40,079 nt of DNA from Candidatus Peregrinibacteria bacterium CG10_big_fil_rev_8_21_14_0_10_42_8 (GTDB taxonomy: Bacteria > Patescibacteriota > Gracilibacteria > Peribacterales > Peribacteraceae): positions 1 to 40,079 of the forward strand of contig PFDQ01000041.1 of the NCBI GenBank assembly GCA_002772815.1, in the 5' to 3' direction. The notes below the pieces were generated by a model, which was not told the origin of the DNA, did not search any database, and saw nothing but the letters and a program-made list of their open reading frames with translations. This document shows, one piece after another, positions 18,178 to 27,497 of the stretch. A program made the position numbers and the translations under genes. Each line of letters starts with the position of its first letter. The first letter of the stretch is position 1.

Positions 18178-19545
18178 ATGCGAAAATTCATTCTCTGTAT
18201 GATGTTTGTGTTTCCAACGCATGTATTTGCTGCGATAACAACACCAGCTGACATACTGCTAAATACCGCTTTTACTGGCAGTCCACGTAACTTTAAAATA
18301 CAGGCACATAATCAAAAAAATGATGTGTACTACTCGACGTGGATTCATGGTGCTGAAGAAGGAAAAGGTGAATGGTATAAAGTAAAAATGGATGTCGTAA
18401 CACACATTCAAAATGGTGCGCAAAGTACAAAAATGAACACTCGATTAATTGTATATCAAGGAATGCTATTCGTAGCAATTATGAATGACGATCCTCAGTG
18501 GACATCTGTACCACTCGGAAGTATGGAGTTATCACATGGCTTCTCTGTACTTCAACTGCTTTCAAAAGCAGGAATTGATGCTGTAAATCTCAATAAAGGA
18601 ATAGAAGATGCACTAAGTCATACAGAAAGACTTACTGTCACTCATGAGGGATACGCAACAGGCATTGCCTATTCACTAAAAACTCCGAAGATTGAAAATA
18701 ATACGCATATAAAAGTAAATACCGATAAGGCAAACCAATTTGGTTACTTAAAAATTTATACAACAAATGGGAATTTTGTTGCAGAAGGAACAGTGCAGCC
18801 ACAGGCAAGTGCTGTATATATTGATGTTCCTACATCAACAGTGTCTTTTGATGAATTTAAAATGCAGCTCGGGCAATTTCGTGTACAAACAGTTGTAGAA
18901 AAACCAGCAGAAAAAATGGTAACTATCCAAAATAAGAGAGCAGTAACATCAAGAACAAACCGAATCATCAATGCAGATCGAAGCAGAGCAGCTCCAAAAA
19001 ATATTCCAACAACATGTGTAGAAACAGGAGATATTAATCGTATCGAACTTGAGCGAAAGGGCTTCTGCCCAGCAGAACGATTTCATAAACGCATTATTCA
19101 TGGAAGCAATGAGCCAGGGAGAGATGGGCGAAAAGTATGGCAGGAACGTGTCAGTGCAGAAAAACTCATTGAAGGTTACAATGATGTATCTGTAGAAATT
19201 GAAGAGTTCGCACGACGCAAGAATCTCCATAAAGTAAAAGCGTCAATTAGCCGTAAAAATCTAGAAGCATCTGGCTCAGATGCCATTAACACATGGATCA
19301 CAAATGAAATTATTCCATTTTTTGTACCAACAAATAGAAGCTGGGTGGTGGAATCTATATTAATAGAAGATGAATATGGACATAATGGCGTAGTACTTCA
19401 AAAGAGCGCTACAACAGCTACAGGAAAGCGGAAAAATTTCGTTATTTTTCTTCTAGAAGAAAATAAAGGAGATCAGCCAGTAATGACAGATATTTACCTT
19501 AATACACGCCTGAGCGACCTTCAGGCGGAAGGTCTAATCGATTGA
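18178..19545 (+). CDS. Secreted hypothetical protein
   Basis: Signal peptide MRKFILCMMFVFPTHVFA from ATG 18178; 455 aa; no family recognised. Confidence 0.75.
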   Translation: MRKFILCMMFVFPTHVFAAITTPADILLNTAFTGSPRNFKIQAHNQKNDVYYSTWIHGAEEGKGEWYKVKMDVVTHIQNGAQSTKMNTRLIVYQGMLFVAIMNDDPQWTSVPLGSMELSHGFSVLQLLSKAGIDAVNLNKGIEDALSHTERLTVTHEGYATGIAYSLKTPKIENNTHIKVNTDKANQFGYLKIYTTNGNFVAEGTVQPQASAVYIDVPTSTVSFDEFKMQLGQFRVQTVVEKPAEKMVTIQNKRAVTSRTNRIINADRSRAAPKNIPTTCVETGDINRIELERKGFCPAERFHKRIIHGSNEPGRDGRKVWQERVSAEKLIEGYNDVSVEIEEFARRKNLHKVKASISRKNLEASGSDAINTWITNEIIPFFVPTNRSWVVESILIEDEYGHNGVVLQKSATTATGKRKNFVIFLLEENKGDQPVMTDIYLNTRLSDLQAEGLID

Positions 19546-19570
19546 ACCAAAGCCATAATCTTGCTATAAT
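19542..19570 (+). promoter_or_regulatory. Sigma70 promoter, near-leaderless
   Basis: TTGAAC-17 nt-TATAAT with TGn; ATG 8 nt downstream. Confidence 0.75.
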
Positions 19571-19578
19571 AGACGCAT

Positions 19579-19797
19579 ATGAAAGATCTACTTCAGTCCC
19601 CTTGGCTCACCGTTACTCTCGCGATTGTGGTCATGACAATTGGATACGTAATGTTCATTAATAAAGATGGAAGTATTGCATCTGCAGGGGTATATTCATG
19701 CCCTGCTAGTGCTTGTGCTAGTGAAGAATGCATGAGTGACAATTGCCCATTTGCAGATAAGTGCAAACACTGCCCTGGGTGTAATAAAGCGTCATAA
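19579..19797 (+). CDS. Small membrane protein with a Cys-rich tail
   Basis: One TM helix, then CPASACASEECMSDNCPFADKCKHCPGC (7 Cys, 1 His); has its own promoter. Confidence 0.75.
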   Translation: MKDLLQSPWLTVTLAIVVMTIGYVMFINKDGSIASAGVYSCPASACASEECMSDNCPFADKCKHCPGCNKAS

Positions 19798-19798
19798 T

Positions 19799-20233
19799 AT
19801 GTTCTTCACAGAAAAAAACTTCTGGCGACCTGCTGTTCTAACGGCAATTGGTCTCATAGCTTTTTTTGCATGGGAACTTGGGTACATGGGAGACCTCCTC
19901 CCTCGTTTACCTCGTCCAGAGCCAACATCATTTGAAATCTATTATACAATCGTACTCATTGCTCTTCTGACGCTAGATAGTGGCCTTGTATTCTTTCGGA
20001 TAAAGAATGGGACATGCCCTATTGGTGCCTCTCGTGCATCTACCATTGCAGGTGGACTTGGTATTGTCACACTGCTTTGCCCTGCATGTCTGCTATTACC
20101 AATATCTATTTTTGGAATAGGTCTTAGCCTTTCTTTGCTTGCACCATACTTACCGCTACTCAGGGCAATCGTGCTTCTTTTACTCATAGTGAGTACACTG
20201 ATGCTATGGCCAAAGAACGTATCATTGAAATAG
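19799..20233 (+). CDS. 4-TM membrane protein with TCP and CPAC motifs
   Basis: ATG 1 nt after the previous stop; four hydrophobic helices; GTCPIG and LLCPACLL. Confidence 0.8.
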   Translation: MFFTEKNFWRPAVLTAIGLIAFFAWELGYMGDLLPRLPRPEPTSFEIYYTIVLIALLTLDSGLVFFRIKNGTCPIGASRASTIAGGLGIVTLLCPACLLLPISIFGIGLSLSLLAPYLPLLRAIVLLLLIVSTLMLWPKNVSLK

Positions 20234-20850
20234 ATCTATTACGATCAATCGCTATTGTGATGATGGTCATTTATCATACAGCATTTGATTTACTGTCTTT
20301 CTACAACTGGAATATCGATCTTTACAGTCCACAATGGGAAGTGTTTCGCATTATCACTGTTAGTCTATTTCTATTATGCTCTGGAATGAGCTCTCAACTC
20401 TCCAGCCATCCTCTTCGTCGCGCAAGTACGATCCTTGGATCAGCAGGGTTTATTACGCTGGCAACATACATTTACGACCCCAATACCTTTATTTACTTTG
20501 GTATTCTCCACTGTATTGGCCTAGGTATGCTTCTCCTCATCCCATTAAAAAAACTGAAAGAATGGAATATTGTTCTCGGAATCATCATCATTCTTTTTCC
20601 ATTTTCCTCTTACTACTTTCCACTTCCCATTCGCCCAACCCTAGATTTTTATCCCATCATCCCTTGGTTTGGAATAATGCTCATTGGCGCTGGCATCAGC
20701 CATTTTCTCTATGTTCGAAACAGCATTATTCTTATTCGCCCCCTAGTCCTAACCCCAGCTCTGACCCTCATCAGTCGACATGCCCTACTTATTTATATGA
20801 CCCATCAGCCTATACTATTAGCGCTTCTGTACCTTTTGTACGCCAGGTAG
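20206..20850 (+). CDS. DUF1624 / heparan-alpha-glucosaminide N-acetyltransferase-like membrane protein
   Basis: RIIEIDLLRSIAIVMMVIYH..D, FGILHCIG, DFYPIIPW, SRHALLIYMTHQP. Confidence 0.88.
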   Translation: MAKERIIEIDLLRSIAIVMMVIYHTAFDLLSFYNWNIDLYSPQWEVFRIITVSLFLLCSGMSSQLSSHPLRRASTILGSAGFITLATYIYDPNTFIYFGILHCIGLGMLLLIPLKKLKEWNIVLGIIIILFPFSSYYFPLPIRPTLDFYPIIPWFGIMLIGAGISHFLYVRNSIILIRPLVLTPALTLISRHALLIYMTHQPILLALLYLLYAR

Positions 20851-21807
20851 ATCACATATCACTGTAGGTGGATGCACAGTGTGTGCAGGCTCTTTACCAG
20901 ACTGATATTCATCAATGGAATCGAAACAGTCATCGTACATATTTCGCATGCTCTCTTCTGCATAAAAGGCAATGTGTGGTGTTGTCACCACATTTTTATG
21001 AAAAATAAGCTCCTTATTCTCCTCAAAATTATGTTCGTGCTCAAGAACATCCAGAAGTGCATATTTCACCTTACCCATATTTAAAACATCAAGGAGTGCA
21101 CCAGAGTCTATAAGCTCTCCTCTTGCAGTGTTCACAAGAACAACACCATCTTTCATAAGAGAAAAAGCATGAGCATTAATCATATGATGTGTGTCTTCTA
21201 ATGCGGGCAAATGCAGCGTAATAATATCACTCTCAGTAAGAAGTTGATCAAGTTCCATATAACGAACATGCAATAAATCTTCGAGTTCTACTGTACGACA
21301 TTTATCAACTGCCACGATATTCATACCAAAACCTGCAGCAATTTGCGCAGTCTTCCGGCCAATCTTTCCAGTGCCAACAATACCAATCGTCTTTCCTCGA
21401 AGCGACACCCCACGAAGCCCATGATAGTCGAACTCTCCACGTTCAACTTTTCTATCTGCTTCTGGAATATGCCGAAGCGTTGAAAGGAGTAATGCAAAAA
21501 CATGCTCTGCAATAACATGCGAACCGTAGTCAGGTACGTGACACACAGTAATACCCTTCTTATTACAATATTCAAGATCAATATGATTACACCCTACACT
21601 ACGCGTGCACAGTAATCGCAAAGAAGGAATTGTCGATAGCAATTCTGCACTCCAATCAATACCAATAAATGAAGAGATCACTGTTGCATTCTGACAGACC
21701 TCAGCAATGTCATCTGGTACACCAGACACAATAGATGCATCAGGAAACCGTGATACAACAGAAGAAATATCTTCCTGATCGACCTGCAGAAACACAATAT
21801 CTGACAT
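20818..21807 (-). CDS. D-2-hydroxyacid dehydrogenase (D-lactate dehydrogenase-like)
   Basis: RSVGCNHID, GIVGTGKIG, NTARG, DVLEHE, TPHIAFY; start set at MSDIV (21807), downstream of TGnTACCAT. Confidence 0.92.
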   Translation of the reverse strand: MSDIVFLQVDQEDISSVVSRFPDASIVSGVPDDIAEVCQNATVISSFIGIDWSAELLSTIPSLRLLCTRSVGCNHIDLEYCNKKGITVCHVPDYGSHVIAEHVFALLLSTLRHIPEADRKVERGEFDYHGLRGVSLRGKTIGIVGTGKIGRKTAQIAAGFGMNIVAVDKCRTVELEDLLHVRYMELDQLLTESDIITLHLPALEDTHHMINAHAFSLMKDGVVLVNTARGELIDSGALLDVLNMGKVKYALLDVLEHEHNFEENKELIFHKNVVTTPHIAFYAEESMRNMYDDCFDSIDEYQSGKEPAHTVHPPTVICDLPGVQKVQKR

Positions 21808-21890
21808 AGTAACATGCATGGTAACACGAGTTGCAACGCTCGTACACCAAAGGGTTGTACGAAAATACACTATACAGGTAAACTATCTCT

Positions 21891-23435
21891 ATGTCTTTTA
21901 CAGTACGAAAAATAAACGATAAGCCGAGTGGTAAAAAAGTATGGCTCACGCGCATTGCAGCAATCCTAACTATTGCCCAACCACTCCTGCAAATTGCAGG
22001 AAAGCTCAAAGCACATGTTGATGGGGAAAAGAAAAAGCGTGCACGCATTAGTATCTTAAAAAGATCGCTACTCATTATGATTGCAGTGCTTATTTCACTG
22101 ATGCTTCTTGCGAGTATTGGTAAAGCAATGATGTCTGTTCGGAATCTTGGTATGAGTAATATTATTTCCATTGCAGGAGCAGATCTTCCAAAAGACAAGA
22201 ATGGATACACAAACTTCCTTCTTATGGGACAGGGTGATGCCGACCACGACGGACAAAACCTTACCGATACCATAATGATTGCTAGCCTCGATCCAAAGGG
22301 AACAAAGAGTACTATCTTGCTCTCACTTCCTCGTGATCTCTATCTTCTTGATACAGAAAAAATGGGAAAAGGGAAACTGAACACCATGTATCGAGACTTC
22401 CGTAGCTACCTGATTTATCAAAAAGGCATGGAGGCCGAAGCAGCTTCTATTGAAGCACTAAAAGAAGTTGCCCGTGAAATTGGTAATAAGGTCGGTATCG
22501 AAATTCACCATACTGTAAAAGTAGATTTCATTGCATTTACAAGAGCCGTCGATACTCTTGGTGGAATAGATGTTGATATTCCTTACGACATTGAAGACCG
22601 TGAGTACCCAAATGAAACACACGGCTTCGAACCATTTATTATTAAGGCAGGCCTCAGGCACCTCGATGGTGCAACGGCACTAAAATATGCACGGAGCAGG
22701 CATACTACAAGTGACTTCGGTCGCAGTGCCCGCCAACAGCAAATCCTTGGTATCATGGCGCACAAAGCAAAAGAAACAGGTGTTCTCAAAGATCCTGCAG
22801 CCATCACATCATTCATGAAGATCATGTCTGAAAATGTCGAAACAACTATGACACTTCGTGAACTCATTGGTGCAGCTGAAATTGCGCAAGATCTCGACCG
22901 AGAGAAAATAGTCGCAATGCAATTAAACGATCGCAATGCTCTGTACGATTACACCATCGAGCCAGGTGGCTTCCTCTACACACCGCCACGATCACTCTTC
23001 CAAGGTGCTTCTGTGCTTCTTCCTGTGTCTATTCCAGAATTCCCTGTGACATGGAGGCAGCCGCGCGCTTTCGCAGAACTCATCTTTAGACACAGAGACC
23101 TCTACCTCGAGAAGCCGACCATCTCTATTCTTAATGCTGGAGGCCCTCCTGGAACTGCGAGAAAGCTTGGCACAGAACTCACACGATATGGCTTTACCGT
23201 CGAAACTATTGAGAATGCTGAAACCGAGAAAATGAATACATCAATGATTATTGGAAATCCTGAGCCAGACCCAGTGATACAGACAGTAGCAAAAATGCTT
23301 GGAATGCCTTTAAATCCATCTCCTGCTGATTTACCAGTAAAACAGAAAAAGCGGATTACCATTATTTTAGGGCGTGATTATCGGTATACTCCTCTACAGA
23401 ATCTTGTATTAAACCTTATAGATAATGACTCCTAG
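21891..23435 (+). CDS. LCP (LytR-CpsA-Psr) cell-wall polymer ligase with LytR C-terminal domain
   Basis: TM anchor; TDTIMIA, LSLPRDL, ALKYARSRH..SDFGRSARQQQ; C-terminal ISILNAG..G.A..ITIILGRDY. Confidence 0.93.
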   Translation: MSFTVRKINDKPSGKKVWLTRIAAILTIAQPLLQIAGKLKAHVDGEKKKRARISILKRSLLIMIAVLISLMLLASIGKAMMSVRNLGMSNIISIAGADLPKDKNGYTNFLLMGQGDADHDGQNLTDTIMIASLDPKGTKSTILLSLPRDLYLLDTEKMGKGKLNTMYRDFRSYLIYQKGMEAEAASIEALKEVAREIGNKVGIEIHHTVKVDFIAFTRAVDTLGGIDVDIPYDIEDREYPNETHGFEPFIIKAGLRHLDGATALKYARSRHTTSDFGRSARQQQILGIMAHKAKETGVLKDPAAITSFMKIMSENVETTMTLRELIGAAEIAQDLDREKIVAMQLNDRNALYDYTIEPGGFLYTPPRSLFQGASVLLPVSIPEFPVTWRQPRAFAELIFRHRDLYLEKPTISILNAGGPPGTARKLGTELTRYGFTVETIENAETEKMNTSMIIGNPEPDPVIQTVAKMLGMPLNPSPADLPVKQKKRITIILGRDYRYTPLQNLVLNLIDNDS

Positions 23436-24351
23436 AGAGATCATCGCAAAAGCGTGGGCAATGACCAAAAAAGAAAAGCTTCTTCGACGATGGGGTTTTT
23501 CTTCTGCTCTTCTTGAAACATTGCTCAATGTAAAACTACTGATTTATCAGTCATGGTTTTTCTACCTCTATGTCATCAAAGGAGAAACTATCAGCTTCTT
23601 TGCTATGGAAGAACTCTTCCTTAAGTATATGCCTGCCAGTGTTGCATGGTCACTCATTATTTTCATCTTTACCCTTGTTGCCGTCGAACTTATCTTCCCA
23701 CACTTTGCTCGTGGCGCAGTTATTGGGCTTGCTGCAAAAGCACATACTAAGCAAGAAGTAAAAGGAGGGCTTGTTCTCGCACTGTATAACTGTGTTCCAA
23801 TTTTTATTGTCCATGAGCTCTTCGTTCTTGGTGGAATCTCGACTGTTATTACTATTGGGTCTCTCATGATTCGATACGGACCTCCAGGAGATTTTCTCCT
23901 TCTCCCTCTCGGACTTCTTGTCTTCTTCTGGCTATTTTCAAATGCTCTACACTTCTTTGCAGCCTTTGCAGAAGAAGCAATTGTTATTCATAAAATGGGT
24001 CCTTTTGAAGCAATCGGAAAAAGTATGAAGCTCATTATTAGCCACCTAGGACACATCGTGTTCCTACTTATTCTTCTCTTTGTTATTAGCCTTCGTATCC
24101 TTATAAACATTGTGATGATCCTCCTCATTCCAGGAATTGTCATGGGTATTGGGCTACTACTCGCTCAGGTATTTTCTCCAGTACTTAGCTACAGCATTGG
24201 AAGCTTTGTTGGACTCATCTTGGTCATTGCTGCGAGCTACTTCTTTGCATACGTCACAGTCTTTAAGCAAACCGTATGGACGATTACCTACCTCGAACTA
24301 AGCCAGCTCAAAGATCTCGATGTCATCACGCATGACGACGACTCGATCTAG
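23425..24351 (+). CDS. Polytopic membrane protein of unknown function
   Basis: About six TM helices; IIAKAW..K, EAIGKSMKLI and WTITYLEL pattern; overlaps the LCP stop. Confidence 0.8.
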   Translation: MTPREIIAKAWAMTKKEKLLRRWGFSSALLETLLNVKLLIYQSWFFYLYVIKGETISFFAMEELFLKYMPASVAWSLIIFIFTLVAVELIFPHFARGAVIGLAAKAHTKQEVKGGLVLALYNCVPIFIVHELFVLGGISTVITIGSLMIRYGPPGDFLLLPLGLLVFFWLFSNALHFFAAFAEEAIVIHKMGPFEAIGKSMKLIISHLGHIVFLLILLFVISLRILINIVMILLIPGIVMGIGLLLAQVFSPVLSYSIGSFVGLILVIAASYFFAYVTVFKQTVWTITYLELSQLKDLDVITHDDDSI

Positions 24352-24359
24352 TGTAAACT

Positions 24360-25559
24360 ATGTCCATGGAGGACTATCAAAAAGCATTGAAGGCAAATAT
24401 ATGGAAACTCTACATCCTCGATTTTTTAAGTGGATCAATGTTTTTTATTCCGATCATTATCCCTTTCATTCTAAGTACAGGACTCAGCCTTCAGCACATA
24501 TTTATTCTACAAGGAATCTTTACACTCACATCTGTCATCCTCGAAATCCCCTCTGGATATGCATCAGATAAGTGGGGTCGAAAAAATACAACAATTATTG
24601 CAGCCATAACATCATTTATTGGCGTGCTCTTCTTTTCTATAAGCAATGACTTTTGGTCATTTATGACGGCAGAAATTTTTCTAGGAGTAGGCATGAGTTT
24701 TTATTCAGGGACAACTGAAGCGCTCGTCTATGATACATTGCTTGAGCTAAAAGAAACAAAATCCTATAAACGCATCAATGGGAACCTAGCTCTATCCACT
24801 TTTGGTGCAGAGGCAATCATGAGTGTTATTGGAGGTGCTCTTGTCATATACAGCTTGCGCCTACCGGTGATACTCACCATGATTCCCTTTGGACTAGCCT
24901 GCTTTCTTTCAGTCACCCTAAAAGAGCCAAAAAGGCACAAAATACAAGAGGGGCGACACCTTGAAATTATGTGGAAAATAACAAAACAGAGCATTATTCA
25001 CGATAGACCTCTCCGTAGTATTATCCTGCTTCATAGCATTGTTTCTCTAATGACTATGTCACTTTTTTGGTATACGCAACCATATCAAACAAGCGTAGGC
25101 CTACCACTGGTTTACTTTGGTATAACACATGGAGTCATCGTTCTCATCGGGGCCATTGCATCAAAGTACACACATACAATGGAGCAGCTCATTGATGACC
25201 GACTTCTTCTTACAAGCATTGCACTTACTGTCTTCGTATCATTTATGGCACTGGGATATTTAAGTTCTTTATGGGCACTCGTCTTCTTTGGATTTACGCG
25301 TATTGCTTGGGGAATACTTTCCCCACTAACAAGCAACATCATTAACCGGATGACAACATCTGATATACGAGCAACTGTTCTCTCTATTCGTTCATTTTTC
25401 TTTCGTGGAATGTTCACTCTTGCCTCTCCACTACTCGGATACATGGCAGACGTTCTTACCATTAACCAAGCAATTTTAATTACAGGAATAGTCGGCGGGA
25501 CTCTTATCAGTATCACATTTTTTAGTATGAGTTTTGTGTGGGACAAGATTCCAAAATAA
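24360..25559 (+). CDS. MFS transporter
   Basis: EIPSGYASDKWGRK (motif A), SGTTEALVYDTL, SDIRATVLS; about 12 TM helices. Start may be 24366. Confidence 0.93.
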   Translation: MSMEDYQKALKANIWKLYILDFLSGSMFFIPIIIPFILSTGLSLQHIFILQGIFTLTSVILEIPSGYASDKWGRKNTTIIAAITSFIGVLFFSISNDFWSFMTAEIFLGVGMSFYSGTTEALVYDTLLELKETKSYKRINGNLALSTFGAEAIMSVIGGALVIYSLRLPVILTMIPFGLACFLSVTLKEPKRHKIQEGRHLEIMWKITKQSIIHDRPLRSIILLHSIVSLMTMSLFWYTQPYQTSVGLPLVYFGITHGVIVLIGAIASKYTHTMEQLIDDRLLLTSIALTVFVSFMALGYLSSLWALVFFGFTRIAWGILSPLTSNIINRMTTSDIRATVLSIRSFFFRGMFTLASPLLGYMADVLTINQAILITGIVGGTLISITFFSMSFVWDKIPK

Positions 25560-25566
25560 AAAATAG

Positions 25567-25610
25567 TTGACAGTGAACACCCGTACACCTATTATGGTGT
25601 ACGACCGTTC
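25567..25610 (+). promoter_or_regulatory. lexA promoter with two putative SOS boxes
   Basis: TTGACA(25567-72)-17 nt-TATTAT(25590-95); GAAC-ACCC-GTAC (25575-86) and GTAC-GACC-GTTC (25599-610) flank the -10. Confidence 0.85.
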
Positions 25611-25621
25611 CAACAATACTT

Positions 25622-26230
25622 ATGAGCCTTACACCACATCAGCGTACTGTGCTGAATTACATCGGAGAGTTCCAACGAAAGAGAGGGTACTCCCCATCTC
25701 TGAGCGATCTCGCTCTTGCCTTTGGTGTTAGTAGTAAAAATGCTGTCGCAAAAGTCGTAAATGTTTTAGTACGTGAAGCACATCTTGAAAAAGATCCAAA
25801 AGGTCGTATTAAAATTATGGAAAACGGAAACGAAACAGAAAACGTCGCACAACCGATGATGCTTCCTCTCTTTGGTCCAATCTCTGCAGGGTTCGCAGCA
25901 CCAGTAGAAGAGCAAGCAGAAGAAATGATCACACTTGATAACTATCTTATTGGTGACAAATCCTCCACCTTCCTCTTGCGCGTCAAAGGAGACAGTATGA
26001 TGGATGCAGGTATCTATGAAGGAGATATTGTCGTTGTTAATAGAAAACGAACACCAAAGCTCAACGACATCGTCGTCGGCGTACTTGATGGAGAGTTCAC
26101 CTTAAAGCGCCTCAAGCGCGATAAAGGGAAATACTATCTGCAAGCAGAGAATGCTTCATATCCTGATATGTACGCTGTAGAAGAACTACAAACAGCAGGT
26201 GTCATAGAAGGAATAATGAGAAAGTACTAA
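25622..26230 (+). CDS. lexA: LexA repressor (winged HTH plus S24 autopeptidase with UmuD-like C-domain)
   Basis: LTPHQ..GYSPSLSDLA HTH; Ala-Gly cleavage site (SAGF); VKGDSM catalytic Ser; FTLKRL catalytic Lys. Confidence 0.92.
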   Translation: MSLTPHQRTVLNYIGEFQRKRGYSPSLSDLALAFGVSSKNAVAKVVNVLVREAHLEKDPKGRIKIMENGNETENVAQPMMLPLFGPISAGFAAPVEEQAEEMITLDNYLIGDKSSTFLLRVKGDSMMDAGIYEGDIVVVNRKRTPKLNDIVVGVLDGEFTLKRLKRDKGKYYLQAENASYPDMYAVEELQTAGVIEGIMRKY

Positions 26231-26264
26231 CACGTATTTTACGAACGTTTTACAACGCTTTTTA

Positions 26265-27491
26265 ATGATCGCGCATATTGATGCGGATGCTTTTTTCGCC
26301 TCTGCCCTCCAACGCAAACGGCCAGACCTAAAAGGCAAACCCCTGCTTGCTCTTGGTATGGGAGGAGGATGCGTTATCGCTGCCAGCTACGAAGCAAAAG
26401 CATGTGGCGTAAAGACTGGCATGCGTCTTGGTGATGCGAGACGCCTCTGTCCAAAAGCGATCGCACTGCCATCAGACTTCGACGAGGCACTCCTCGCCTC
26501 TCGTCAGATAGAACAAATTCTCCAGAACCGTTGTCCAATCATAGAGCGGTACTCTGTTGATGAATGGTTCCTTGATGTCCGCGCACTTCCAGGAGGTATA
26601 CCCGAAGATCTGCTTGAATGGGCTACAGAACTAAAAAATACTATTAGTCGTTCTGTCGGCCTTACTGTTTCTATTGGCGTAGGGCCTAGTAAGTTACTTG
26701 CAAAGATGTCGAGCGAATACCAAAAGCCTTTTGGGGCAACCGTCGTGTCCCCCTCCCCCCTCGGGGGAGGGGCTAGGGGTGGGGGCATTTCCATAGAAGA
26801 CTTTTTACAAGACCGAGTAGCCTCTGCAATCCCTGGCATTGGAACAAGACGCGCAGTGCATGCTGAAGCACAGGGATGGAACACAGCATGGGATATCGCC
26901 AATGCAGACAAAGAAAAAATTCAACAACTCTTCGGAAGACCAGGGCTCGATATGCAACGAGAGTTACTCGGAGAAGCTCTTACAAAAGTAGAAACCGAAA
27001 ATGCTCCACCAAAATCGATCTCTCGTACACGAAGCTTCGCACCGGTCAAAAACCGGGACATGGTGTACGCACATCTTTTGCATCATTTGACCTACACAAT
27101 GCTAAAGATGAGACGTGAAGGACTTGCATGTACGTCGGTAAGTGTGTGGCTACGCAATGGCGAGTACACCTTTGACCAAAAGCTATACAAACTCCCCTGT
27201 CCCACAGACACGGAAGAACAAGTGCTTCCCTACATGCACCGTTGTTTTGAAAAATTATTTGAATATGGAACAGCGTACACCCAAGTTGGACTTGGCCTTT
27301 ATGGTCTCAACCCAAAAGGTGGTACGCAGTATTCCTTATTTGAGAATATCAAGAAGCTAGACGAGGCAGAAGACATCCAAAAAGCACTCGATATTCTGCA
27401 TAAACGCTACGGCAGAGAAGCACTCAAGCGTGGTAGTGCAATGGCTATCTCCAGTGCTAAAAAACCACATCTAGGAGTAGTAAATGAATAA
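26265..27491 (+). CDS. Y-family translesion DNA polymerase (DinB/UmuC-like)
   Basis: HIDADAFFAS, ASYEAK, YSVDE, PKSISRTRSF, clamp-binding-like QYSLF. Confidence 0.93.
   Translation: MIAHIDADAFFASALQRKRPDLKGKPLLALGMGGGCVIAASYEAKACGVKTGMRLGDARRLCPKAIALPSDFDEALLASRQIEQILQNRCPIIERYSVDEWFLDVRALPGGIPEDLLEWATELKNTISRSVGLTVSIGVGPSKLLAKMSSEYQKPFGATVVSPSPLGGGARGGGISIEDFLQDRVASAIPGIGTRRAVHAEAQGWNTAWDIANADKEKIQQLFGRPGLDMQRELLGEALTKVETENAPPKSISRTRSFAPVKNRDMVYAHLLHHLTYTMLKMRREGLACTSVSVWLRNGEYTFDQKLYKLPCPTDTEEQVLPYMHRCFEKLFEYGTAYTQVGLGLYGLNPKGGTQYSLFENIKKLDEAEDIQKALDILHKRYGREALKRGSAMAISSAKKPHLGVVNE
26748..26786 (+). repeat. In-frame GC-rich palindromic element inside the polymerase gene
   Basis: CCCCTCCCCC-CTC-GGGGGAGGGG perfect 10-bp stem plus CTAGGGGTGGGGG; encodes SPSPLGGGARGGG. 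Confidence 0.75.
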
Positions 27492-27497
27492 CAAAAA

